Positions 111,758 to 125,547 of a DNA stretch of 248,000 bases are shown here, piece by piece. Both the position numbers and the translations under genes were made by a program. Origin of the DNA: Octopus vulgaris. Its lineage: Eukaryota. Within the stretch, counting starts at the first letter, position 1; the number at the start of each line of letters is the position of its first letter. The notes below the pieces were generated by a model that searched no databases, was not told the origin of the DNA, and saw only the letters and a program-made list of their open reading frames with translations. The stretch covers positions 43,420,001 through 43,668,000 of the forward strand of contig OX597822.1 in NCBI GenBank assembly GCA_951406725.2. The letters run 5' to 3'.

Positions 111758-113785
111758 TCAAACGTGAGACGCAAGAGCGAAATTAGAGGAGATAACAGGG
111801 TCAAATGACCTCGCCCCAACATAAGTGTGTGTGTGTGTATAAGAGAGTATGTAGTGCGTATGAGAGGTCTGGACGTGCGTATGTATATATGATGTGATGT
111901 GTAAAGTCGTATGGTGTAGTGTAGAGAGAGGAGATGAGGGGGAGAGGGGGAGTGAGGAAGAGGGGGGAAAGAAAAGAGGAGGGAAAAAGGAAAGAGGAGA
112001 AGGGGAGGGAGAAGGGGAAAGGTGAGAGTGAGGAGGGGGAGGGGGAGAATGAAAGAAGGAGGGGTGGTGAGGGTGAGATGAGATGAGGGGGTGGAGGGGG
112101 AAATGAGATGAGATGAGGGTGGTGGGTGGAGGGGAAAAGGAGATGAGGGTGGAGTGTGAGGGGGAGAAGGAAAGAGGAGAAGAGGAGGGAGGAGGAGGGG
112201 GAAGGGGGAGAAGGAAGGAGAAGAGAAGAGGAGGGAGGATAGAGGGAGGGGGAGAGGGAGAGAGAAGGGGAGTGAGGGAGCAGAGAGAAAGAGGGAAGGG
112301 GAAGAGGGAAGAAGAAAGAGGGAAGAAGGGAAGAGGAGGGAAAGGGAGTAGGGGTGAAAGGATGAAGGACTGAAGAGAAGTAGGGGTCGGGAGGAGGTTA
112401 GATGAGGAGGGGGGAGAGTTGAAACCAAATGGCGTAAAAGAGCGAAGAGAGAAGATTAATCCCTGTTCACGGCGCAAACGGGAATCCGGATGGCCTCTGT
112501 GCAAGGACAAACCGAACACAGACAGGTGTTGCAAGGAGTGACCGGTGGAGCGGAAATGGCGTGAGACCGGTGTGTCGTTGGCAAGGCGGACGTCACGGAG
112601 GTGTTCCGCGAACCGGTCAGCCAAGCGGCGTCCCGTTTGTCCGATGTACAGGGAATGGCAGAGAGAGCAGGAGACGCAAAAGATGATATTGCTGGAGGTG
112701 CAGGTGAAGGAGTTGATGATGCGATAGGGTCGATGATGGGTGCCAGTGAAAAGGGTGGTGTTGGAGAGGTAAGGGCAAGTGCGGCAACGTGGGCGGGAGC
112801 AGGGGAACGAGCCAGGTTGGGAGGTAGGATCAGGGAAGGAGCTGTGGACCAAAAGGTCTCGTAGGTTATGGGCTCGTTTGAAGGAGGGGAGGGGTCGGTT
112901 AGGGAAGAGGTGTGAAGTGGACGGGTCGGACTGGAGATGCCGGAAAGATCGAAGAATGGTGCGTTGGAGAGGTAGGGTCGTGGGGTGGTAAGTGAGCGGA
113001 AAAGGGAGGCGGGTTCGGGGAGAGAGAGCAGATGCACGGTCTACGGAACGTGCTCTGGCAAGGGCGGTGTGGATAGTGGAGAGGGGGTATCCACGTAGGA
113101 TGAAGTGGTGAGCCAAACGTTGAGACTGAGTCTCAAAGTCATGGTCGTCACTACAGAGCCTACGTAGACGGAGGAATTGGGAATAGGGGATGGAAAGCTT
113201 AGTGTGCTTTGGGTGGGAGGAAGAGAAGTTGAGGTATGAGTGTGAGTCTGTGTGTTTGTAGTGAATGGAGGTGGTAAGAGTGGAGTGATGAATGCTGACC
113301 GAAATGTCGAGGAAGGAGACAGAGGTGTTGGAGATGGAGGTGAAGTGGAGGGCTGGATGGAAGGATTGAACGAAAGAGAGGAAGGAATCTAGATGTTCAC
113401 GGGAGAGTGAGGTGGCACCGATAATGTCAATGTAACGACCGTATAGTTCAGGAGTGGGACCAGTGAAATTAGAGAATATTTGGGCCTCAACATAGCCAAC
113501 GAACAGGTTCGCATAGTTGGGGCCCATTCGCGTTCCCATGGCCACTCCCGAGGTATGTTGGTAGAACTCGCCCGCGAACGAGAAGCAGTTGAGAGTAAGG
113601 ACAAGTTCGGCCAGGCGAATGAGTGTGGTGTCAGGTTCAGGGTTGGGACGGAGGTCGAGAAAGTGTTGAAGTGCCCGCAGTCCTTCGTGGTGAGGGATAA
113701 CGGTATAGAGGCTCTGGATAAGCATAGTAAAAAGGATTTTGGGAGCCAGGAGGAAAGGAGAAATAGTTGAAAAGCCAGAGAGCAT
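111758..113785 (-). pseudogene. PLE RT + GIY-YIG ORF (catalytic YIDD lacks one Asp; reads into low-complexity tail)
   Basis: 675-aa ORF in the track; the last ~200 aa are a pyrimidine-rich tract. Confidence 0.85.
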
Positions 113786-113925
113786 GGTTGGTATCGTGGA
113801 TGTGGGAGGGAAGAGACGCCACTAGGGGGGCAAGGACACGGTCGAGGTATTTAGAGATGAGCTCTGTGGGGCAGTTATAGGTGGAGACGATGGGGCGGCC
113901 AGGGTTGTTGGGTTTGTGGATTTTG

Positions 113926-113987
<62 letters not shown>

Positions 113988-113994
113988 ATATATA

Positions 113995-115042
113995 CTAGCA
114001 GTATCGCCCGGCGTTGCTCGGGTTTGTAAGGGAAAATAACTATATAAGCATTTTTAGAGAGTTATAGCAAAAAAATGCATTAAAAATGGAATAAAAAATG
114101 ATGGTAATTATTTTTTTTAATTGTTGACTCAGTGTCTTCAAGCCATGAAGTCGTTGTTCTAAAAGAACGCTGGTCTCCTTGACAACGCTTTACGACGTTG
114201 ATTTCCTTACACTCCCTTCCCCACAGCTTCACGAGGGAGGGAAGAAGGGGGTGAAGCAAACAGGTTCAGGTGTGAGCGTGGACGCCAACTCCGCCGCCAT
114301 CGACACACGAAAAAATATGCATTAAAATGGAATAAAAAATGATGTTAAATTATTTTTAAAATCGTAGACTCATCGTAGACGCGCGCTAATTCCCAGACGG
114401 GCTCGATATGAATCACGACTATAAGATACCCGAATTTGGTTAAACTGCACCGCAAAATGTGGGAGTACTTAGGAATCTAAATCGAAGGGGACAGACACTT
114501 ACACAACTACAGTTTTATATATATTGACTAGCAGTATCGCCCGGCGTTGCTCGGGTTTGTAAGGGAAATAACTATATAAGCATTTTTAGAGAGTTACTTC
114601 CCTTATAGATGCCAATTCGGGCTTTCTTAGCTATTTCTGTTTTGGTGTCTTCAAGCCATGAAGTCGTTGTTCTAAAAGAACGCTGGTCTCCTTGACAACG
114701 CTTTACGACGTTGATTTCCTTACACTCCCTTCCCCACAGCTTCACGAGGGAGGGTAGAAGGGGGAGAAGCAAACAGGTGCAGGTGTGACCATGGACGCCA
114801 ACTCCGCCGCCATCGACACACGAAAAATTATGCATTAAAATGGAATAAAAAATGATGTTAAATTATTTTTAAAATCGTAGACTCATCGTAGACGCGCGCT
114901 AATACTCAGACAGTCTCGATACGAATCACGACTATAAGATACCCGAATTTGGTTAAACTGCACCGCAAAATGTGGGAGTAGTTAGGAATCTAAATCGAAG
115001 GGGACAGACACTCACACAACTACAGTTTTATATATATATAGA
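113995..115042 (-). mobile_element. Head-to-tail dimer of Helitron family A long form
   Basis: 113995-114527 and 114528-115042, each with a CTAG/hairpin end. Confidence 0.85.
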
Positions 115043-115519
115043 TATGTATGTATGTATGTATGTATGTATAATTCATATTTAAAGCTGGGCGCAGTATAAT
115101 ACCAGAAAGGAAAATTCAATCTTCACTAAGTACGACTAATGATACCTAGACACCTACATTGCTAGAAATAGAAGTAAAATACTTCCTCAAGGAAGAGCAC
115201 AAATCTACAAATCTATACACATAGGTTGGCTGAGGAACAAACCTTCACATGTCTGAATAGTGGGGCATGGTGAGGTTTGTTTATCTTTTATCTTTTACTT
115301 GTTTCAGACCACAGGACTGCGGCCATGTTGGAGCATCACCTCGAATAATTTTTAGTCAACTGATTCGATTCCAGTGTATATTTGTTTTTAAACCTGGTAC
115401 TTATGCTATCGGTTCCTTTCGCTGATCCGCTAAGTTCCACGGGGCGCAAACACATAAATAAAGTATATAAACGTATAAATAAAGTATATAAAGTATATAT
115501 ATATATATAAAGTATATAT

Positions 115520-115624
<105 letters not shown>

Positions 115625-115799
115625 TTTATAAAGTATATATATATATATATATATATGTAAAAAATACAAACTGGGACAAGAACGCAAAACATTTAGAAGA
115701 CGATACAAAAAATACAGACATTCGAAGCCTTCAATCTTCAGTCAAGAACCGGATCATTCTCGCAATTTCGGCCGGACAGTTTTGTTAAAATAAGTTTAA

Positions 115800-115903
115800 A
115801 GCTTATAAGCGATCACTGCGCCATTGCCTAAAGAAAATAGTCAAATAATTGGGTATTATCAGACTATTTTCTTTAGTCATTGCGCAGTAAGGGCTCACAA
115901 GCT
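115800..115903. mobile_element. TTAA-flanked MITE (Kolobok-like termini)
   Basis: TTAA|AGCTT...AAGCT|TTAA with internal inverted repeats; related element at 108300-108545. Confidence 0.5.
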
Positions 115904-116447
115904 TTAAGATTATTAAATACTATTATTATTATTTACAGAATTGTAAAAATCGACGCTGCTTCACAAAACTATCTTCCTTTTCGTCACGTGATCATCTTTC
116001 TTTTCCTGCATGGACGATGAAAAGAAAGGACGAATTTTTCTCTCTCTCTCTCTCATCTATCTTCTCTCTCGTAGTGTTCACTATTTTCCTCTCGCTCTGG
116101 TCTAACGACCCGAAATGTTTGTTTTCGTTCGGTTTTCTTATATATCACTATTGTAATTTTTTCCCCAACTTGGAACCTCCATGAATCCTAAATTTTATTT
116201 TAGAATTTATGGGAGCAACTATCTTTGCAAACTCATATTGTCTTTGAGTGCTCGAAAAGAGTACTAGATAGACAGCCGACAACTGATAAAGGGTCGTTTC
116301 TCTGTGTTTACTTGTCCTGTTTTCCATTTTACTTGTTTACGTATTTTACTCGTTTTTCCATTGTTTCTTTATGTATTTCATGTTATTTGCACCGTTGGTA
116401 ACGTTCCCATATATGCATGTGTGTGCATATATACATACATATATACA

Positions 116448-116483
<36 letters not shown>

Positions 116484-117129
116484 TATATATACATATATAT
116501 ATTATTTATATAAAAATATAATTATGACGCGAACTCTTTAACCCTTTACTTGACCTTTCCTTCCTTCCTGTCTGTCTTCCGCTTTACCTGTCTCTCTCTT
116601 CTTATTTTTCACCCTTTATGATTTCCTTTCCTCTCTCTCTCTCTCTCACTTCTCCTCATCTCTCTCACTGCTGAGTGGACTACCAACTTTCTTTTGCTCG
116701 CAGCTTTCTACAAGTCAACACCGACTTTTTCTTGCGCTCCGAATTTTTCCATCGTCTAGGCTTAAAAAAAGCCCTCAATGTTGATTTCATTGTCCTGTTT
116801 TTATTCTTTATGTGCACTGTATTTTTATTTGTATTGCTTTTACGTCCTGTTCTTGTCACTTTTTTTCTTTCCTTGTTTTACTCCTCTGCAGAAAAAATTT
116901 ATTTAATTCTTTTGCAGGAAGGATTGCTTCGGCGGGTCGTGTTCTGTCCTTACCTACGAAATACGCATTGAGTCGAACCAGGGACAGCTGATGAAGGGGA
117001 ATATTCCTTGTATTGTTTGTCTTGTACTCTGTTTTTTCGTTGTTAAAAAAGTCCGTTTCCTAGTTTGTTTTTATGTTTTCGTTTCTCGTTTTGTTCTACG
117101 TTTATTTGTGGTGTCCTGTACTCATATTT

Positions 117130-117184
<55 letters not shown>

Positions 117185-117337
117185 TGTATATATACATATA
117201 GATGTAGGTACGTACATATATGTATGTATGCATATATTTTATTTATTAAATTATTATATTATATATGTATATATATATATATATGTTTGTATATGTGTAT
117301 ATATATATATATGTATGTATATATGTATATATGTATG

Positions 117338-117368
<31 letters not shown>

Positions 117369-117539
117369 ATATGTATGTACGTATGTATGTATATATATAT
117401 ATACGTGTGTGTGTGTATGCAGAGGGAGGGAGGGAGGGAGAGAGAGAGAAAATGAAAGAGATAGACAGACAGAAACAGAGAGAGGGGTCCCAAAGCACAT
117501 GTACCCCATGTTTATTAAAGTATATTTCATTTTTCAAAG

Positions 117540-118090
117540 AAGAAGTTGATTTTAACTCTTCTATGGACGTCTGTTTTCAAACATATGACGGTTCTCGTCC
117601 AGGAACTGGTGATGATGAATGCGAAGCAATGGAATCGGATAGACTGTTCTTGGAATGTAACTATTCCAATAACTGGGATTCAAAATGAGATAGGTGCTCG
117701 GTATTGAAATTCCGATCTCACGATACGCTTGCTGCACAGATTTTCCTTAAATTTGACCATACGTTTCCAGTACCTTTTCTTGTTTGTGTGGCACGTAAAT
117801 GTCTGCAATCATCCGGAACGATTCTCGTAGATATTCCAGAAATTTCCATCTGCTTCAAACTTACCTCTAATTCCAGTGATGATAAGTCGTGTAGCTGTAT
117901 CTGTCTGGAACTACCTCCTAAACTGTCTTCGAAATTCAACTGCATTTTAAAACTTCCAATAGTTTTTAGTCTAATTTTTTTGATCAAAGCTTAGTCTGGC
118001 AGTCTTCGTGATTTCTAATAGATTAAATTTCAAACCAAGAAAAAAAAAGAAAATGATTTATCAGCTTTTAGGGAAGTATGTGTCCATCTT
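117540..118090 (-). mobile_element. Tc1/mariner-superfamily transposase N-terminal remnant (DUF4817-like HTH)
   Basis: YWKF*NAVEFRRQFRR*FQTD.ATRL.IT.IRGKFEADG, with stops. Confidence 0.6.
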
Positions 118091-119426
118091 TTTGGAGCAA
118101 CCTCTACATACATACATACATACATACATACATACATACATACATACATACATACATACATACATACATACATACATACATACATACATACATACATACA
118201 TACATACATACATACATACATACGTATCATCAGTAACATATTTTGTCACAATTATCTTACCTGAAAGGCATGATATGTCAGGCAGTGACCTTTTCTATTG
118301 CTGTTTAGTTCCAAGTTTGTTTCACTGTAGAAAGATGCTGACTAGACGAATAATATTTTGCCAGAGAATATTGGGAGAGTCTTCGGCTTACGTCGCAGAT
118401 AATCTTTTTAGTATTGAAGTTGGGTGCTTAAAATCGTTTGTATATACTGGGTGTTCAAAAATTCACTCCGCAGTGAATTTTCTTCATCCTGCTCAAATAT
118501 TGCCTATCTATTTGTAGGTGAACTCACTTAAAGTGAAATTAACAATGCATACTTTCAGCAAGATGGAACTACAGCACATACTTCGCGCATCTAATATATT
118601 CTTTTGTAGTCTTATATCATCTTATAAATATTTATTTTGCAAGAAAATACTGCAGAGAAACTTTTTGAACACTCTGTATAACTGTAATTCGTTCGCGTTT
118701 CCACAACTACACCGTGCCTTTGTTATCATACACTCCTCCACGAAGTGCATTTTCCATGACATCGCTTAATGCCTAACAAATTACTTGTTTTACCAAAAGA
118801 TTTCCTAGAATGTGTAGGACTATCTCGAGTATATATCATCGTTCACAAAAGAAAATAAATCTTTTGGCAAGACTAGCTTTTATATTAGACAGTTTCCCAC
118901 AGACAGGTGAGAATCTGCCTACTTGAGTTGAACGCCTATAGAGTATATTCTTTATGTCGTTGAATGAATCAACTGCTATTCTATTGTATAAAACTTGTCG
119001 TTTGTGTAATTTTGATGTTGTTATATTCGATGATTTTCATGTAATTAATTCGTCTTTTGCTGGTTGATCAGTTTCCACTTTGGCTCAGCAAAGTGTTTTT
119101 TTTGCTGCCGTTCTATAGACTGAATGGTTGCTGCCACGCAAGACACCATGATCTCTTGTTTCTGCGGTAAAATATAACGAAAATCATACTTATGATACTG
119201 CGAAAAATCGTCAAATATGAAATCATTTATATAGATAGACACGTATATGTATGTACATAGGTACATAGTACGTACGTACGTATGTATGTGTGTATGTATG
119301 TATGTATGTATGTATGTATGTATGTATGTATGTATGTATGTATGTATGTATGTATGTATGTATGTATGTATGTATGTATGTATGAATGTATGTATGTATG
119401 TATGCATGTATGTTTATATATATCTG

Positions 119427-119465
<39 letters not shown>

Positions 119466-119489
119466 ATATAAACTTTGATAAACTAAGAT

Positions 119490-120110
119490 ATGTTTCGATC
119501 AAAGATTGATCCAGGCCATGTCTAACTTAATAGCACCACCTGATAGGATTATTCGAATTCTGTTTAAGTCAAGTTTTGTTCAAGTAGTGAGTTCTTGTTG
119601 GGTGAGTTGTATCAAGTTTTGTTCAAGTAGTGAGTTCTTGTTGGGTGAGTTGTATCACGTTTTGTTCAAGTAGTGAGTTCTTGTTGGGTGAATTGTATCC
119701 AATTATGGGTGGCTTATCTGGTATACTTTGAAGGAATCTATCCAGACTCCGTTTAAAGTTGATGGGATCCTTTTTCTCTTTGATCTCCCTCGGGACAATG
119801 TTAAATAGGGCAGGGCCTGTCGAGGAAAAGAAATTATGTTGCAGTGTACATGTATGTTATGATCTTGAATTGGGCAGGGGACGTATGGCCCGTGGTCCCA
119901 GTCTTGGATGAATATTGAAGCTAATGTTAAGGTCGTTTGGGCAAAGTTGGCGGTATATTCTCCACATCGTACAAATGATGTACCGCTCACGGCGAGGCTG
120001 GAGGGAGTAAAGTTTCAAGGCTTTAAGGCGATCCCAATAAGGGAGAGCAGCCATGCCTTCAATTCGTTTAGTGAGTGCCCTCTGGGGTGACTCAATTCTG
120101 GAGATGTTTT
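119490..120110 (-). mobile_element. CR1/L2-like LINE 3' end with 43-bp internal triplication
   Basis: Same family as 25.7 kb; segment gttttgttcaagtagtgagttcttgttgggtgagttgtatca repeated three times at 119575-119700. Confidence 0.9.
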
Positions 120111-120236
120111 GTCTTGTATATATATATATATATATAAATAGATCCGCTATGGTATAGCCACTAAAAATTGTTTCCAAGGAGAAATAACACAACATTTAAC
120201 GAACGGCAAGTGAAAAATAACGAAAAAATAGATTAA

Positions 120237-120309
120237 CTCTGGACAATTGTTTCATTATTAATGTAGTATGCAATTTTACTTACATAACATCTATAATTCA
120301 TCAGCAGAA
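120237..120309 (-). ncRNA. Type I hammerhead ribozyme (canonical core)
   Basis: ttctg-CTGATGA-attat...ataat-GAAAC-aatt-GTC-cagag, inside a (TA)n-flanked fragment (120137-120722) with nested inversions. Confidence 0.85.
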
Positions 120310-120720
120310 GTTTGTCTAAAATACAATTTATTAAATCGCACGTTAAAATTTGACGCAGCGTCAAACACACGTGCGGTTCAATCGATTGTATTAGCAGCTA
120401 TGATTCAAATTTCCCCGCCAAAAGTATGATAAGACTTCTGGAAACGAATACTGCATAAAATATTTACTGCAGTATAATTAAATTTACAAATGAGGGTGAA
120501 AAATTTGATATTAATTGTGTTATTTCTCCTTGGGAACAATTTTTAGTGGCTATACCGTAGCGGATCTATTTTTAGCACTAGAGTCGACCACATAGTGGTT
120601 ACTCTCTCATATTTATGTATAAATTTGTATTGTATCCCTGGCTTTTATGTGCTAAGCCACTTGGTGTTAAATTGATGGTATTATTAAATTAATATCAAAT
120701 TTTTCACCCTCATTTGTAAA

Positions 120721-120768
<48 letters not shown>

Positions 120769-120846
120769 TCATAATATACAGACAGCATATATATATACAG
120801 AAATTTTGTATATGTATTAGATTGTGTATGTCTGACTTCGTGTGTA

Positions 120847-120914
<68 letters not shown>

Positions 120915-121080
120915 CATACATACATAATTTGAGACTACAAGACACCGTAGAAGATTTATAATAGAATTTTAAACAATAGCGCGCAATGGAATTCTTAGAC
121001 TTACTGTTATAATACCTAAAGTTATAATGACCTCACTTTGTATTACTGCTCTTCCTGCACCTAATACTGTAGTTATAAAA

Positions 121081-121130
<50 letters not shown>

Positions 121131-121620
121131 CGTTATATATTAAGACGGGAGGCTCTACTATTATTCACAAAGACAGAGAAATGAAGTCTCTGAAGACCCT
121201 CATTGTAGAATTACAATATAATTTACTTCATATTAAAAATATTTATATTATCGTTATTTCAAAATTATACTACGGTTATGTTCGATTATAACAACATACA
121301 AGTGTGTTTTAATGGCTAAAGTGATTCTACCGCGTTGTGACTGATTTAGTCACGAAAGGTTATCTGTTGGCCGAGGTGTGGCTATGGGGTGAGAGGGCTG
121401 CTCCGCAACCACATGGTTCTGGGTTTCGATCCACTGCGCGGCACGTTTGGCAATTGTCTTCTACTAAAGTAACGGGCTGACCGAAGTCTTGGGAGTAGAT
121501 TCGGTAGGCGGAAACTGAATGAAGATCATCGTATACATCAATCCATCCATCCATCCATCCATCCATCCATCCATCCATCCATCCATCCATACATACATAC
121601 ATACATACATACACACACAA

Positions 121621-121651
<31 letters not shown>

Positions 121652-121656
<5 letters not shown>

Positions 121657-122512
121657 AAAAAATTAATAAAAAGAATTCCAACCTTGTCTGATTTTCACGT
121701 TTTATTTACAATCTTATAATGATATATTATAAGATAATATATTATAATTGTCAGCCCAAGTGAAATCGAGAGGAAAATCAGAGAAAAGAATTTTATTGAT
121801 AAATTCGAACCCAAGCTAAATAAGCAATAATAATAATACTTAGAGGTATTACTTCCACTGCTACGACCATGACCACTAACAACAACAACAATACTAAAGG
121901 TGATCAAGACAAAGATAGCAGGAAAATTATCTTATTTAGGGTTAAAAGTTCTATTGCCACCACCATCACCACTAGCAACAATAATTAAGGTGCTGACAAT
122001 GATGATGATGACAATTGAAATATAAAAATATAAAAATCTCTGACAAAGGATATTTACAACATTTCTAAAAATAACCCAACAATTGCTGCTTCGGCCAGGG
122101 TCAAGATACAGGACTCTTGACCTGTCCAACAAAGCGTGATGCCTAAACCAATCAGCTCAACCAACCAATCAGCTTAAGTAATTGAGTGATACTACACACT
122201 GATTGGTCAGAATACAGTTTGCAAAACCTAGCACTCTGGAGCCTACCCAGCTGTATTTATAGCACAGAATCACTCATCTTGCTACAGTCAAAAATTGTGA
122301 AGCATGACTGTCAACACTACTACATGAACCCGAAGATTGCAGAATTCAATGCATGAAAGTACTAGTTCAATCAGAATGAATATTTAACATTCTACTATTT
122401 CATTTTATTTTATTCAATTATAATATATTATCTTATAATATATCATTATAAGATTGTAAATAAAACGTGAAAATCAGACAAGGTTGGAATTCTTTTTATT
122501 AATATATATATA
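121652..122512 (+). mobile_element. PLE terminal fragment with ~95-bp inverted ends
   Basis: ORF end EIERKIREKNFIDKFEPKLNKQ* at ~121765-121830; inverted repeats 121660-121750 / 122415-122505; (TA)n flanks. Confidence 0.7.
122326..122368 (+). ncRNA. Minimal hammerhead, U4C variant
   Basis: gaac-CCGAAGA-t-tgca-gaattcaa-tgca-t-GAA-AGTACT-A-gttc; palindromic stem III, CUA triplet. Confidence 0.6.
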
Positions 122513-122907
122513 TATATATATATATAAAGAAAAAATAAAACAAAAAAACGCAATAGAAGACAATAAAACATTCGGACAGATAGACGATACAAAGGCGGAC
122601 AGGAGAAACAACAATTTGAAGGACAGGAAAAAAAAAAGGTGGGTCATTCGTGGCCTTCTTTCATCAGTCAAGTATACCAAAAGTCCTTACTGTTCCGGAC
122701 AGTTATGCTCGAGACAGTTCATTCTGGTTGCTCCCCCACCCCCAAAGTCAAATCTAGGAGCATTAGATTCTTTTGTAAGGAAGCTAGTGAATGTGTACTG
122801 CAACAAAAGCAAAAAAACGGAGTACATGGTACACAAATCCAAATGAAAACAAGAATATAACAGCAGGTGTCTTTTGACTAATAACAAAATATACATACAT
122901 ACATACA

Positions 122908-122984
<77 letters not shown>

Positions 122985-122989
122985 GTCTG

Positions 122990-123165
<176 letters not shown>

Positions 123166-123438
123166 CATACACACATATAACCATGTATATTCATATATCA
123201 ATAAACACGATTATATATGCTTATAAACAAAAGCAGATTCTTTTTTATTCTTTTTTCTTTTATTTATTTCAGTTATTTGGCTACGCCCATGCTGTAGCAC
123301 CACGTTGTAGTCGAACAAATCAACCCCAGAACTTATTGTTTGTAAGCCTATCGGTCTCTTTGCCGAACCACCGCTAAGTTAAGGGAACTTAAACACGCCA
123401 GCATCGGTTGTCAAGCGACGGTGGAAGGACAAAGACAG

Positions 123439-123512
<74 letters not shown>

Positions 123513-123836
123513 GACGGGCTTCTTTCAGTTTCCGACTACCAAATCCACTCACAATGGTTTGGTCTACTCGAGACTATACGAGAAGACACATGCCCAAGGT
123601 GGCACGCAGTTGGAGTGAACTATGAGGTTGGTAAGCAAGCCACTTACCACACAGCCACACTTATACGTTGTTATAATCGAACATAACCGCAGCATAATTT
123701 TGATATAAATACGTAAAGATATACATGTGTATCTGTTACTCTCTTTTAAAAAAATTTTTTTTTTACTTGTTTCAGTCATTTGACTGAGGCCATGCTGGAG
123801 CACCGCCTTTAGTCGAGCAAATCGACCCCGAGACTT

Positions 123837-124828
123837 ATTCCTTGATTGTGATGTTGAACTTATAAATGGTCTATGACTATTTAATTTTTTCCCACTAGGC
123901 CGCTGGTGGCAAATAAATTCTACGAAATTTTTTGCCACCCTATATTGATTAATTATGAATTTTCTGGTTAATTCCGTAATGGAATCGACGGCTTATATTT
124001 ATTTGCTGCCGATAAATTTGGCGCGAGTGCGACGATTTGAAAATTTTAGGTCAGATATTGCCGAGGCAGGGATAGAGATGCCTCGTGATAATATCTGCTC
124101 GGACCTGGCTGTTTCTTACTGACGAATCTATCGGCCTATGGAAGATTGGCTTGATTTAATTTAATCAGGTTAGTTTACCATTAAACAATAGATGAAACGG
124201 TGCATCGTATAAGAAATTACAGGGTAAATGTTTTTTTAATTTTCTCCTGGTTTGCGGAATTAATGTTATTTTGCGGTTGAAGCTTTGGCTGTTATTTCTA
124301 GTGGGTGAATGGCCTATTATGGCCATTCCTTGATTGTGATGTTGAACTTATAAATGGTCTATGACTATTTAATTTTTTCCCACTAGGCCGCTGGTGGCAA
124401 ATAAATTCTACGAAATTTTTTGCCACCCTATATTGATTAATTATGAATTTTCTGGTTAATTCCGTAATGAAATCGGCGGCTTATATTTGCTGCCGATAAA
124501 TTTGGCGCGAGTGCGATGATTTGAAAATTTTAGGTCAGATATTGCCGAGGCAGGGATAGAGATGCCTCGTGATAATATCTGCTCGGACCTGGCTGTTTCT
124601 TACTGACGAATCTATCGGCCTATGGAAGATTGGCTTGATTTAATTTAATCAGGTTAGTTTACCATTAAACAATAGATGAAACTGTGCATCGTATAAGAAA
124701 TTACAGGGTAAATGTTTTTTTAATTTTCTCCTGGTTTGCGGAATTAATGTTATTTTGCGGTTGAAGCTTTGGCTGTTATTTCTAGTGGGTGAATGGCCTA
124801 TTATGGCCATTCCTTGATTGTGATGTTG
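123837..124828 (+). mobile_element. Retrozyme-like tandem dimer (~484-bp unit), homologue of the 81 kb element
   Basis: Reverse-complement homologue with a different start register; sits between a CORE-SINE tail and (TA)n + SINE head. Confidence 0.8.
124112..124218 (+). ncRNA. Type I hammerhead ribozyme
   Basis: tttctta-CTGACGA-atcta...tagat-GAAAC-ggtgcatc-GTA-taagaaa; second copy at ~124596-124700 has one stem III mismatch. Confidence 0.88.
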
Positions 124829-125187
124829 ATATATATATATATATATATACATATATACGACAGGCTTCTTTCAGTTTCTGCCTACCAAATCCACTCACAA
124901 GGCATTGGTCGGCCCGGGGCTATAGCAGAAGACACTTGCCCAAGATGCCACGCAGTGGGATTGAACCCGGAACCATGTGGTTGGTTAGCAAGCTACTTAC
125001 AACACAGCCACTCTATTTACCCCTTTCTCTCTCTTTCTCTCTCTGTTGAGTGTTTGTGAATATGTATGTATAAATATGTATATATAAATATATAAAGTAA
125101 TATTTATACGTAGGCGCATGTGCGTCGGAATAGTAAAATTTTATCGTTAGGGAATTCAAAATTCATGAAAATAATATACGCTTATAA

Positions 125188-125248
<61 letters not shown>

Positions 125249-125433
125249 TGTATATATATACAGAGAGTGAAAGAGAGAGAGAGAGGGGGTTACATTTTAT
125301 TTTAAAGAAATATGTTTACCGGACGTTTGTAGTTCACTGGCCTTTCAGTAGTTTCAAAGTTTCCCAAAATATCTCTACTTAGTAAACGTCCCCGTGGTGC
125401 TATGAAACCACTGGAAGTGCTACATGTATATAC

Positions 125434-125547
<114 letters not shown>

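Larger units (their letters stand above)
111523..113935 (-). mobile_element. Penelope-like element (Neptune/Poseidon-like), 5'-truncated
   Basis: PKIHK..PGRPIVS, GVAMGTRMGPNYANLF, YID-II, FLDI, then CSRPRCRTC and CTSSNIIFCVSCSLCHSLYIGQTGRRL (GIY-YIG); (TA)n on both sides. Confidence 0.92.

Noticed and set aside
111758-112420. Pro/Ser/Leu-rich C-terminal domain of the PLE ORF
   Set aside because: Polypyrimidine low-complexity tract read through after the GIY-YIG domain.
116980-117010. CTGATGA motifs at 116985, 122655, 129410, 149225 and 201407
   Set aside because: No matching GAAA and stem III; at most decayed remnants.
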